From NCBI GenBank assembly GCA_964016885.1, contig OZ024741.1, positions 180,544,001-180,608,000 of the forward strand: a stretch of DNA of 64,000 bases, in the 5' to 3' direction. Position numbers and translations under genes: made by a program. Under the pieces are notes generated by a model. That model had not been told where the DNA came from. It ran no database searches and saw only the letters and a program-made list of their open reading frames with translations. This document shows, piece by piece, positions 12,090 to 24,247 of this stretch. This DNA comes from Eledone cirrhosa. Lineage: Eukaryota. The stretch's first letter is position 1, and each line of letters begins with the position of its first letter.

Positions 12090-12870
12090 ATCTGTTATGG
12101 ATGAGTAAGCTCCTGTCCTTTTTCTATGCCATATCATAGTAAGATATGCTGCTAGCCAGGCCAGTCCTTTCATGAAGCACTGAGTTCACCAACACCCTGT
12201 ACTTTATTCACAGTCACAGCTGCCCTTTACTTCCATTGTTATCTTGATCACAATATCAGCCTGAGTGTCTTTTGAGTCACAGGAGCCTTGATTTTGCAGC
12301 ATCTTCGCAGAATGGGTAACCATGAATTCTCCCTTCATAATCTGTCCATACTCTACTGTGTAACTTAGACTCTAAAGTAGACTTGTCCATTTGTATAGGA
12401 ACTTGCTGACCCTCCTTTTAAAACCCTCAACTTCAGATATTGGAACCTCAAAGTACCAGAAAGAGTGGAAATCCATGGGAGGTTTGCCATGTTTGTATAT
12501 TTAGGACTTGAACTTGCTAGGTAGGTTTGACTTGTCCACGGCAGTTAGCCAAACTTCCAACATGGCTGTTCACTGCTTGGCTGCATGTTGTAATTCTTGA
12601 ACTGCACTGAAACATATTTCCCAAGCTCTTCACTGGTTTCTTGCTAATGATTGGTATCTGGGTTCTGGACTCTACCAGTTGGAAGCTCACTCAAACCCTG
12701 GTAATCGGTTCCTCAAGCCTTTTCAAAATCTATTTGCTTGCTAGGACAGATGTTGTTATAGTCAGGTCATCCATAAAGTGTCTAACAGGCAGCTATTAGA
12801 TTTTGAGTTTGCTGAGTGGTCCTCTTACACTTCACCTCTGCAAACTTTACCAATATGCCCATGGTAAGTG
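12090..12870 (-). mobile_element. Degenerate HERO-clade (R2 group) LINE reverse transcriptase fragment
   Basis: Minus-strand peptides PVRHFMDDLTITTS, QIPIISKKPVKSLG and VWLTAVDKSNLPSKFK match HERO-type RT motifs; many stops and frameshifts. Confidence 0.7.
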
Positions 12871-13783
12871 TGAAAAGGGAAAATGGCTCTAAAACATGAT
12901 ATTTATTGTAATTTCCCACTCTGGTATTATCTCCCATTTTCTTCCCTTCCAAAATACTCTATTTCTCTGGCCAATTCTTTCTCTTCTCTGTCTTTTGATC
13001 TTTTTTCCAACACTCTTCTTTCTCATGCTGGTGTAGCCCAAGTGGTGCAAGTTCAGCCCCACTGCTTGGTAACTTAAGTGAGTGTTGCTGCCATTCTCTA
13101 TCACAATACCTATCCCATTTTTGTCTGCAGGGTGCAACTGAAACATACTGCTCAGGCTGGGGTGTAGAGTCTGCTGCTCCCTCACCTTCTTTTTCTTTTG
13201 TTTAATTTTTATTTTCATTTAGCTGTTTTGTTTCCTTATTGCCATTTATGTTGTACCTCAAGAAAGATCTTCTAGTGTAGTCTAAGGTTGACTAATAACA
13301 TGTGAGTGAAATTTAGTAGACAGAAACTGTGGAAGCTCATCATATATATATATGTGTGTGTACATATGTAATGTATGCATGTATGTACATATGTAATGTA
13401 TATATGCATGTAGGAATGCCCAAGTGGTTAAGAAGTTTACTTCACAATCATGAGGTTCTGGATTTGATCTCACTGTATGAAATCTGGGGCTAGTGTCATT
13501 ACCATACCCTTAGGCTGACCCAAGTCATGGGAGGGAAACTGGGCAGAGGGAATGTGGAAACCAATTGGATGCACTGTACCAGTAGTTCAAAGGACAAATT
13601 TTGTTGCATAATGTGTCACAATGATTCAGTTTCAGAATTACATTGAGGGTACCTGGACTATTTTGCGGAAAAATATCTTACCTTCTCCAATAAAAAATAT
13701 AAAGTATTTTGTGAAATCCAGAGACTTTCAATTATGACCTTTAGTCTTTCACACTCACTCAATATATATGTATATATATATAT

Positions 13784-13985
13784 ATAGGAAAAGAGTCAGG
13801 ACCCCGACGGCTGAGGTCTGGCCGTTTCGACAGCTAGGTCTGGCCAGTTCAGACCTAACTGTCGAAACGGCCGGAGTTCAGCCATCGGGGTCCTGACTCT
13901 TTTTCCTATTACCCACTCTACTACCCAGTATTGAGTACTCTGGTGCGTTATGGTCCACCTGGTTCCTTACCACACTTCCTTCGTT
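13784..13985. mobile_element. Fold-back PLE pLTR fragment with truncated hammerhead
   Basis: Arms ~13784-13842/13850-13909; both carry GTC-GAAA-CGGC..GCC(G/A)TC-GGGGTC; one-sided tail to 13985; (TA)n flanks. Confidence 0.75.
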
Positions 13986-14105
13986 ATATATATATATATG
14001 GGAGTGCATGTGTATGTATGCATGTACATCTGTATATATAGATTTATATATATGTATACATAACATGTTTTCAACTTGTACAAAAATCCCTAGGAATCTA
14101 ATTGA

Positions 14106-14146
<41 letters not shown>

Positions 14147-14220
14147 AGTGTATGTGTGTATATATATATATGTATATGTATGTGTGTGTGTGTATATATA
14201 TATATATATTATATATATAT

Positions 14221-15650
14221 CATCATCATCATCGTTTAACGTCCATTTTCCACGCTAGCATGGGTTAGACGGGAGTTGTCCCAATTTGAGTCAAGGTTGG
14301 TTGGGTGACCGTGTCTCGCTCATAAAGGACTATCTGGCAGGTTTTCTACGGCTGGATGCCCTTCCTAACACCAACCACATTTACAGTGTGGAACTGGGAA
14401 CTTTTTACCGTGTTACCTACACGGCGACATTACAGCGTGGACTCTGTGTTTTTTGTCGTGACACCTACACAATCTCGATCTCATTATCTCAGTTATTTGG
14501 ACTGGATGTTGTGGTACCAACTTTACAGAGAGAGGGTGGTGTTGGTGGGAGTGGGAGGATAGGGTAGGTGTAGTGGATTAGGGTGTATATTTGGTTAAGA
14601 GGTGCCTACTGACTGTAGGTTTCGCTTTGTACATAGGCAAGGCGGGTCTTCTGTATTACTGTGTAGCGCCAAAGATCTCGGTCCAGTGACATTGTCTTAG
14701 AGAGGTGCAAGTGTGTAAGGTCGGAATTCATTAGATCGTCCCAGGTTTTTCTGGGTCTACCTACTCCGTAACTACCATCAATTTTGATTGCCCTGCACTT
14801 TTTTATACAGCTGCCGTCTTTCATGCGCATCATGTGGCCATACCAATGTAGTCTTCTCTTAAGTAAACAGCACCTGATACCTCTTATTCCTAATTTCTCA
14901 ATTAGTTCATTTATGCTCTGCCGTTCACGTATATTACTATTACACATCCAACGGAGCATGCATGCTTCATTCCTTTCCAGTCTGCGCAGGTCCTCTGCAC
15001 GTAATGCCCATGTCTCACTGCCATGTAGCATTGCTGTTCATATACAAGCATCATACAATCTGCCTTTCATTTTTAGAGAGAAACCTTTTCTGGCCAACAG
15101 CGGTATAAGCTCTCTGAACTTTTTCCATCCCGTTCTGACTCTGGCTACTGTACTTTCAGAACACCCTCCTCCACTGCTGATTTTGTCACCCAGGTAACGG
15201 AAAGTGTCTACTATTTCTATAGAACCATCTGGGCAATAGAAGGAGCTAGTATTCTGTGGTCACTTGCTACTTATTGCACCTGAGCATCGGCCACATATAA
15301 AGTCTACGTTCTTAGATAGTTTACCTGTGATCCCACTACATCTTTTATGTACCCATACTTTGCATTTGGGACATAAAATGGAATTTCTGCCTACTCCTTT
15401 CCTACACACTGAGCATGGCCATTTTCCTGAGGCACCTGTGCCCTATTTTCCTTTCTACAAACTAGAACTTTAGTCTTAGACAAGTTAACTTTAAGGCTTT
15501 TTGATTCTAGGCCATGCTTCCATGTTTTGAATTTCTTCTCTAGTTCAGCCATTGATTCAGCTATGAGCGTTAGATCATCTGTGTATAGGAGTTCCCATGG
15601 GCAGCCGGTCTTGAACTCCTCTGTTATATCCTGAAGGGCAATAATAAATA
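14221..15650 (-). mobile_element. 5'-truncated RTE-clade LINE with composite 3' UTR and (TGA)n tail
   Basis: ORFs 15391-15738 (GCPWELLYTDDL, RT) and 14606-15031 (MLHGSETWALR..RRLHWYGH..GRPRKTW); CATCATCAT tail at 14221. Confidence 0.9.
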
Positions 15651-15651
15651 G

Positions 15652-15702
<51 letters not shown>

Positions 15703-15744
15703 ATGTATAAGTATGTGTGTGTATATATATATCATCATCTCATC

Positions 15745-16012
15745 ATCATCATCTTCGTTTAACGTCCATCTTCCACGCTAGCATGGGTTAGACGGGAGTT
15801 GTCCCACTTGAGGCAAGGTAGGTCGGGTGACCGTGTCTCGCTCATAAAGGACTATCTGGCAGGTTTTCTACGGCTGGATGCCCTTCCTAACACCAATCAC
15901 ATTTACAGTGTGGAACTGGGAACTTTTTACCGTGTTACCTACACGGCCACATTACAGCGTGGACTGTGTTTTTTTTTTGTTTTTTTTTGTGACACCTACA
16001 CGATCTCGATCT
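15745..16012 (-). mobile_element. Second copy of the RTE/SINE 3' module
   Basis: Nearly identical to 14221-14480. Confidence 0.8.
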
Positions 16013-16267
16013 TGATTTCAGCTGTTTACACTATCATATATTTTGGTTTCTATTAATTCCCTGGGGAATTGGTTGAGCAAAAGCTTTGTTAATTGTTTTA
16101 TTTATTTTTTTCTCTCAGACTTCAGGTATTTTTTGAAAGCAAAACATAGACCCCTAAAATACTACAGTGGGCTCTTGCAATGTTACTGTGGGCTCCTGCA
16201 ATGCTACCTTGGGCTCCCTGGGGCCCCACTTGCCATTATGCAGCCTGGCAACCTGACCAGTCCACTA

Positions 16268-16361
<94 letters not shown>

Positions 16362-16388
16362 CCACACACATATACATATATGTATATC

Positions 16389-16574
16389 TAATATAGAAAT
16401 GGCTTCTACAGAACTAGAACTGTTTCATTCAGGAGAAATCATCAGGAAGTCGGCTTCCTGATGATTTCTCCTGAATGAAACAGTTCTCGTCCTGTAGAAG
16501 CCATTTCTATATTAAATATTTATACTCTGCTATGTATTGAGTACCTTACTTACTGTGGTTACCCCCGATAAACT
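16389..16574. mobile_element. Fold-back PLE pLTR element with an HHR motif in each arm
   Basis: Arms 16389-16449/16454-16514 (2 mismatches); tail 16515-16574 is the diverged reverse complement of 3030-3087; AT-repeat flanks. Confidence 0.85.
16452..16502 (+). ncRNA. Type I hammerhead ribozyme motif
   Basis: GGCTTC-CTGATGA-tTTC tcct GAAt-GAAA-CAG ttctcgtc CTG-TA-GAAGCC; a second copy lies on the minus strand at 16401-16451. Confidence 0.72.
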
Positions 16575-17200
16575 TATATATATATATATACATATATATA
16601 TATACCATGTATCTACCTATCCATCCATCTCCCTCCTCTCTCTCTCTCTCTCTCTTTATATATATATATATATATATATCATCATCATTGTCGTTTTAAC
16701 AAATGCTTTCTCTGCTAGCAAAGGTTGAATGGGTCTACATAGACCAAGTCAGTACTGAAGCAGAGCCACTGATCCCCCAGACAGGCCAGGGATCTGTGTC
16801 TCGCTTATGTATGGTCAACGCTCCACCGAGTACACAGGAGAGGTTGTCATGTCTTTGACACAACTGAGGGTCCTCCCAACCCTTTCTTTGGCAAGATTTC
16901 TATGGCTGGATGCCCTTCCTATCACCAACCACTTTACAGCATGTACTTGGTGTTTATTGTGTAGGTCACCAAACACTAGGGAGGCTGTCGTGTCTTTGAA
17001 ATGACTGAAAGGTCCTCCCAATATAATGTATCTAGTATGTAATATATGTATGTATCTATGTATATATCAAACTTATATATACACATTACAATTGAATATT
17101 ATTGAGTTCTATTATCTACTTTATTTAAGCCAATTATTAATTAAAGATTTTTATGTTCTATTTTTGCTCATTTTCATTAAATATGTATACTTTTTCATTA

Positions 17201-17247
<47 letters not shown>

Positions 17248-17358
17248 AAATGTGTGTGTATATATGTGTGTGTGTATATATGTATATATGTGTGCGTGTA
17301 TATATATGTATATATGTGTGTGTGTATATATGTGTCTATGTCTATATAAATATGTGTA

Positions 17359-17391
<33 letters not shown>

Positions 17392-17757
17392 GTACACATA
17401 TATATATTATATAACAACCTATATAACTTTATCTTCCAACCTATGTAATGTCAGCTGTTTACAGCTATGATGGTTTGAATTCTCCCACAACCTGTTGGTG
17501 GTACCCAGTGAATTCTATCACTTCTCTCTCTCTCTCTTCCTCCCTATTACTTACTCTCTTTCTCTCTCATTCTCTTTCTCTCACATGCATACTATCTAGA
17601 TCTACTTCACTTCTCTCTTTCTTTCTTTCTTATCTTTCTTTTTGTATGTCTTTCTCTCTCCCACTCTCCCCCCTCCCCCCTGTTCGTTAATTTTCTCTGC
17701 TTTGCTTCCACTCATTTTATCTCCCCCTCCCCCTCTGCTTCTCTCAATATATATATG

Positions 17758-17814
<57 letters not shown>

Positions 17815-18402
17815 GTCCCAATAATTAACAAGTAACAAGGCAGATTTGACTTGGGGCATCGTTTTCAATTTTTCTTTTTGACCCACATAGGTAGAAACAG
17901 GAGAATTCTATATGATGATGGTGGTAGATAGTGATTTAATTGGTATTGATGTTGGTGGTGATGGTGAGTAGGAGTAGTGGTTTAGTGGATGGTTGGGTAG
18001 TAGTGGAGTGGTTAGTGATGCTGGTGGTGGTGATGATTGAGTGAGAGCTGGTTGTGGTTGACTGGGTGCTGATGGTGATAGTAGTAGGGTTGAGTGGTTG
18101 GCAGTGGTGATGGTGGTTGAGGGCATTGTGATGTAGTTTACCTATAATTAGTTTTATATAGTTCTCAATAGTCAAATTGCCATCAGGGTGGGGGTGGGGG
18201 ACTATATTTGTTTATTATTTTAATAAATTCTTATCTGTGTGAGCATATGGGCATTTGTATGAGTACGTATGTGTATGTGTATATATTTGCATGTATATGT
18301 GTTTACATGCATTGTATGTACATATGTGCGCACACACATACAGATATTTGTACAATTCATATATAATTGAAAACATTTATTATATGGCTCACATTAATTA
18401 AT

Positions 18403-18572
18403 GGCAGTATCGGTAGAGGGTCGGACGCCATGCTTTCCAGCATAGTTACGTCCCTTTACGATCTGAATTCAAATCCCGCCGAGGTTGCCTTTCATCCTTA
18501 CGGGGTCGATAAAATAAAGTACCAGTAATGCATTGGGTAATTGCTGGCCTTGTGCCTAAAGTAGAAACAATT
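18403..18572 (+). mobile_element. tRNA-derived SINE (OK/OR-like)
   Basis: A-box-like TGGCAGTATCGGTAGAG, B-box-like GAATTCAAATCCC and the family body. Confidence 0.85.
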
Positions 18573-18888
18573 AATTACTCTTTCTTCCTCTCTACACAAA
18601 CACCTGCATAGAAACACACACACTCACTCTCTCTCTCTACACACACACTAAATTACAGGACATAAACAAACAGTAAATGTAAATGCAGACATAAAGTGTG
18701 TATTTATGTGTGTGGGTGTGACAAACTTCCACACAGTTTCTATCTACCAAATTTCACTTAGGAGGCATTGTCAAAATGAGGCGATAGTAGAAGACACTTG
18801 CCCAGGGTGCCACACAGTAGAACTGAATCCAAAACTTTGTGGTTTTGCAGTGAACCCCTTAGCCACGTGGCCATAAATTCACATTTAA

Positions 18889-19407
18889 CCCTTTAGCATT
18901 TACATTATTCTATATTTACTATTGTATTTTCACGGTAAATGCTTTATTTCACATAATTATCTTACATAATAACAAATCTACAAGATTTGAACATAAGCTG
19001 GTGACATCTGATTTTGAAAGAAATATATGGTGGCCTCCCACGCTTATCTGTCATTGTACGTAAAAGGAGAGTAAGAATAGCTGGCCACTGCCATCGTGAC
19101 ACCTATGAGGCTATGTCCCCATTAATGCTTTGGAAACCACAAGGGGCATAAGCTCTCCTATTCCGATGTAATCTCCAGAGATTCTGGTATTGAAATCCAT
19201 GAAGTGGCAATGAACGACAGACTCGCGTAGAGATCAATTGTTGAGTCGATTTCAGCTGAGGCTGCTGGATGATGATGACAAGATTTTGATATTATTTTTT
19301 TTAAGAACAATACCTTGACATAAGTATGAGCAGCCAGTGATGGCTGGTTTGAATAGAAAGAGGTGAGAGAATTCTGGCTGGATATGGCTGGTTTAAAAGC
19401 TAAAGGG
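18889..19407. mobile_element. piggyBac-type MITE interrupted by a LINE 3' fragment
   Basis: TTAA|CCCTTTAGC...GCTAAAGGG|TTAA; uninterrupted relatives at 56439-56644 and 60676-60855. Confidence 0.8.
18989..19277 (+). mobile_element. 5'-truncated RTE-group LINE 3' end
   Basis: 9-bp TSD ACAAGATTT (18980-18988, 19278-19286), (GAT)n tail, remnant peptides AGHCHR, LMLWKP and AMNDR. Confidence 0.7.
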
Positions 19408-19996
19408 TTAAAAGTAAAACAAAGTATATAATAAAAAAACAGCTAAATTCCCAGTAAATTAAACCACATAAACTAGAAATTGAAACTGGTTTGTGGACTT
19501 GACTTGCTGGTAATTTAGTAATGTTTGTTAACCTATGACCTTTACTATTTTTAGGAGAGGCATGACTTTTCTTTTCCTGAAGTCAATAGAATTGATGACC
19601 TGTTGATGGTCACCTGTTGATGGTCACCTGTTGATGTTGTCATGTAGCCCTAGGTCAACCCTGATCATGTAGATCTATGATCAATGACATTCCAGCTATG
19701 ACCACCCGGTCATATTATCAGACATAGTTCATTGATGAAAATGCTATTAAATGTTTTTCCTTTTTTTCTTAAGATGATAGGCTGTATTTTGAGGGATATT
19801 TGACTGCTATTTCAAGCAGATTTGGTGATCATGTAGAACTAATTTTTTCAAACTTATTTCAACCATTGGCTCCTTTTAGAGAATATATTTCATCAGCCCC
19901 TCTTTTGTCTGTAAAGTTGATAAAAAATTATACTGTGAAAAAATTAAATAAAAATTCTTTAAACAGTTTTATCAAAGCATTATTGAATAACTAAAA

Positions 19997-20185
19997 AGGC
20001 AGTGGATTAGCAGTATCAGTAGAGGGTCGGAAGCCATGCTTTGCAGCATAGAGTTATTGCCCTTTATGGTCTGAGTTCAAATCCTGCTGAGGTTAACTTT
20101 GCCTTTCATCCTTACAGGATTGATAAAATAAAGTACCAGTAATGCACTGGGTAATTGCTGGCCTTGTGCCAAAAGTAAAAACAAG
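19997..20185 (+). mobile_element. tRNA-derived SINE (OK/OR-like), full length
   Basis: Family sequence with a 16-bp TSD TATTGAATAACTAAAA (19981-19996, 20186-20201). Confidence 0.9.
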
Positions 20186-20888
20186 TATTGAATAACTAAA
20201 AGTGACAGTTTTACAAATAACTACTTCCTTTCCTCCTTCACTAGACCTTGCATTTCATCAACTCCCCTTCCATCCCTTCTGCCATTCAGTGTCCCCAACA
20301 GGGGTGTAGTGTCCAATTTGGAAATCACTAAGGTAGAAGGCCCATCGTTGGGCTTATTGCCTGGCTACCTGTAATTAGGTATGGCCAAGTAGTTAATGTT
20401 TTTAACATTTTATCACTGTTATCATTATTTTAACATCCTATTATATTAACATCCTATTGGCATAAATTGGACAGTCATAATATTTGGAACATCTCTGAAC
20501 AGCTTGTTTGTTTTGGTTTAGGTTGTTTTTCTTAACCTTGTAACATCTAAGTTATTACCACTTTTATACTTGCTTTTTCCATGCCTGCATTGGTTGGAAA
20601 GCTCCATTTCAAACAACATTTTGCTGTGACTTGTTGCATTCATTCCTTTTGTCACCTCCTTTATTCTTCTATATGAGGTTCAGTATTCTGATATCAACTT
20701 TTACCATTTCTTTCCACATTTTTTTTTTATCTCCCTTTCACTTGACACTACTGGTACTTTTTTCTTATGTAACTCCCATCATCCAATATCATCATTTAAA
20801 AGAAAGTTATTTATTGATCTCGTCCAGCTTATTTCAGAATAAGAAGTATGTTTAATGTAATAAAAATAAACTCTCTCTCTCTCTCTCT

Positions 20889-21089
20889 NNNNNNNNNNNN
20901 NNNNNNNNNNNNNNNNNNNNNNNNNNNNNNNNNNNNNNNNNNNNNNNNNNNNNNNNNNNNNNNNNNNNNNNNNNNNNNNNNNNNNNNNNNNNNNNNNNNN
21001 NNNNNNNNNNNNNNNNNNNNNNNNNNNNNNNNNNNNNNNNNNNNNNNNNNNNNNNNNNNNNNNNNNNNNNNNNNNNNNNNNNNNNNNNT
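20889..21089. other. Assembly gap (201 N)
   Basis: Run of N following a (CT)n tract. Confidence 1.
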
Positions 21090-21513
21090 AACAGGTGGTG
21101 CAGTAAACAAATATATACATATACACCCGGTCCAAACACAAAGGAATCAAACTCCCACTGTCACTGCCTCCATTTCTCCTACTCTCCCCATCGCTTACTA
21201 TTATGAGCAAATGGGTGCCCATGCGCTGGCCGCCTTGCAGTCCTGGCTGATTGGCCAGCCTGCTGCTCCAGCAGACAGAATAGAGAAGGCGTTTCCCTGG
21301 AGGATGATAGGTGAGATGCGTTGGAAGAGCCATTTCAGCTCGCGAATCTCACACCTGTGGGTAGCCAACTCTGTGCCGATGGTGGTGAGTGGGGAGGTGT
21401 CCTTAGGGCCATATTGCCAACTCTTATGATTGAGCTGACTTGGTCTGTTTGTTGTAAAAGTACATGGCTTAGTGGTTAGGGTGTTAGGCACTTTATTTCA
21501 TGTTGCTCTAGAC

Positions 21514-21837
21514 CAAAGGTTCTCAAATTTTTTGGGACCACTGCCTCCCTCGCAGCCATGTAATACCCTCAGCCCCACCCCACCTCACCCCTATATTCAG
21601 AGATACTTACCTACATGCAAATTGTAAATAATATATAATAAATAAAATAATTAATTGATATATAATAAATAAAATAATATATACTATGTATTTTTTATTT
21701 TACTACATTTATATATAATATGTATCATTTGATATTTAAGATACTATTATATAATCTCTACTGACAACTCCACCTTCCTTCTTGGACCTTCTCAACTCTA
21801 CCCGGGGAGTGAGTAGCGCCTACTTTGAGAACCTCTG
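21514..21837. mobile_element. hAT (Charlie-like) MITE inserted into a SINE
   Basis: TIRs CAAAGGTTCTCAAA / TTTGAGAACCTCTG; 8-bp TSD CTCTAGAC/CTCTAGTC; SINE sequence continues on both sides. Confidence 0.85.
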
Positions 21838-22657
21838 CTCTAGTCTACTCAGCTGGCAAATAGAGTGCCTTGCTTGAGGACACAAAGCACCACAGGAAGT
21901 CATACTCATGACACTTTATTTCATCTTGCTCCAGTACACATAGCTGGAAAAAAAAGAGAATTATACCTGTAATTCAAAGAAGCAGCTTTGTTACATGCTG
22001 TGGCAAGCTGAATTTCTCTGAATTCTTGTTTTCAGACCCCGTGTATATGTATATGTTTCACAGACACACACTCATGCAACTTACTACACAAAAAGGGTAT
22101 ACATATCGGTGGAATGCTCAGCCACTTGCGTGTTAATTTCACAAGCAGGCTGCTCCATTGTTTAAATCAATTAGAACACTCCTCATTGGAGACAATGGAG
22201 GTCTGACACTGAAATGCCAGTACTAAAAATAGTTGTCCTTCTTGCTCCATACCTTATCCTGCTCCCCACCACATGTACTGTTAGAATAATCCAACATGAC
22301 CGTCATGTAAAACTAGTTGAACTTGAGATTATAAATATGATTAATTAGTTGATATGTTTTTTGAAGTATTTATCATCTAAAACCATTTGTTCCTTCAGTA
22401 AAACTTCCTTCTGTTGCTACTTTGTAACTCTTGAGAGCACGTCTCTCTGTGTGTAATCATTTAAATAAATGTCATTTCTATTTCTTCTACTAAATATTTA
22501 ATGACTTAGCATATATTTACACACACACACACTCATATATATATATATATATCATAATGATGGGTTTACATATATTTCGTTATATGTATGTATATGTATA
22601 TATGTGTATGTATGTGTATGTGTGTATGAATTTGTGTATATATATATATGCATGTGT

Positions 22658-23808
22658 CATCATCATCATCAACGTTTAACGTCCGTGTTCCATGCTTGCA
22701 TGGGTTTGGACGGGGGTAGTCCCACTTGAGGCAAGAGTGATTGTCTTGCTCGCATAGGACTGTCTGGCAGGTTTTCTACAGTTGGATGCCCTTCCTAACA
22801 CCAACCACATTTACAGTGTGGGTCTGGGAGGTTTTTACCGTGTTGCCTACACGGCCACATTACAGCGTGGACTGTGTGTTTTTTTGTCGTGACACCTACA
22901 CGATCTCATTTGTTTCGGCCTGGATGGCGCGGCACCAACATAACTTTACATAGAACGGGGTGGTGTGGATGGGGTGGGGGTGGTGGTGGTGGGACGGGGT
23001 GTATTTTGTTAGAGATGCCTACTGGCTGTAGTAGGTTTTACTATGTATTTAGGTAAGGCGGGTCTTCTCTGTTACTGAGTACCGCCAAAGGTCTCGGTCC
23101 AGTGACATTGTCTTGGAGAGGTGTAAGTGTGTGAGGTCGGAGTTTATCAGCTCGTCCCAGGTTTTTCTAGGGTGTGTGTATATATATATATGTATGTGTG
23201 TATATATATATGTATGTGTGTATATATATATATATGTGTGTGTGTGTACATATATATATTTATGTATGTATCTATATATATGTGTGCATGTGTATATATC
23301 ATCATCATCATCAACGTTTAACGTCCGTGTTCCACGCTTGCATGGGTTTGGACGGGGGTTTTCCCACTTGAGGCAAGAGTGATTGTCTTGCTCGCATAGG
23401 ACTGTCTGGCAGGTTTTCTACAGTTGGATGCCCTTCCTAACACCAACCACATTTACAGTGTGGGTCTGGGAGGTTTTTACCGTGTTGCCTACACAGCCAC
23501 ATTACAGCGTGGACTGTGTGTTTTTTGTCGTGACACCTACACGATCTCATTTGTTTCGGCCTGGATGGTGTGGCACCGACATAACTTTACATAGAAGGGG
23601 GTGGTGTGGATGGGGTGGGGGTGGTGGGACGGGGGTGTATTTTGTTAGAGATGCCTACTGACTGTAGTAGGTTTTACTATGTACTTAGGTAAGGCAGGTC
23701 TTCTCTATTACTGAGTACCGCCAAAGGTCTCGGTCCAGTGACATTGTCTTGGAGAGGTGTAAGTGTGTGAGGTCGGAGTTTATCAGCTCGTCCCAGGTTT
23801 TTCTAGGT
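22658..23808 (-). mobile_element. Two tandem ~515-bp RTE 3'-end copies with composite 3' UTR, separated by AT/GT microsatellite
   Basis: 22658-23172 and 23298-23808 are nearly identical; the minus strand encodes [33 protein letters not shown]. Confidence 0.88.
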
Positions 23809-23927
23809 CTGATATATATATATATATACATACACATGCACACATATATATATATATACACACACACATAAATATATGTACAGACACACACATTTATATA
23901 TATACACACATACATGTATATATATAT

Positions 23928-23974
<47 letters not shown>

Positions 23975-24072
23975 TACAGTTAGTTCACTAACTGTTGTGT
24001 TACTACTTCTACCTAATTTGTCCCATGGACTGAGTGCTCTACTACTCCAGATATAACCCTCCAGTGTTCTAC

Positions 24073-24111
<39 letters not shown>

Positions 24112-24152
24112 AGAAAAAAGAGAATCAGTGTTGTGACAAAAGGAATTTATTG

Positions 24153-24247
24153 GACATATTACAATTGTTTCTCGGGTGACCAGCTCGAGGCACGATCGAT
24201 ATGGTGATCACACCTGACTCTGAAATCACGCGGTCGTCAGATACGTC
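24153..24247 (-). ncRNA. Minimal type I hammerhead ribozyme motif with long stem II
   Basis: Minus strand: GACGTAT-CTGACGA-[62-nt hairpin]-GAAA-C AATT G-TA-ATATGTC; 7-bp stem I, palindromic ACAATTGT stem III, GUA triplet. Confidence 0.8.

Noticed and set aside
18403-18480. tRNA-like A/B boxes here and at 19997, 29003, 46017 and 46840
   Set aside because: SINE heads continuing into multi-copy bodies, some with TSDs; no intact cloverleaf
20779-21429. ORFs spanning the N run
   Set aside because: Artefacts of translating through the assembly gap
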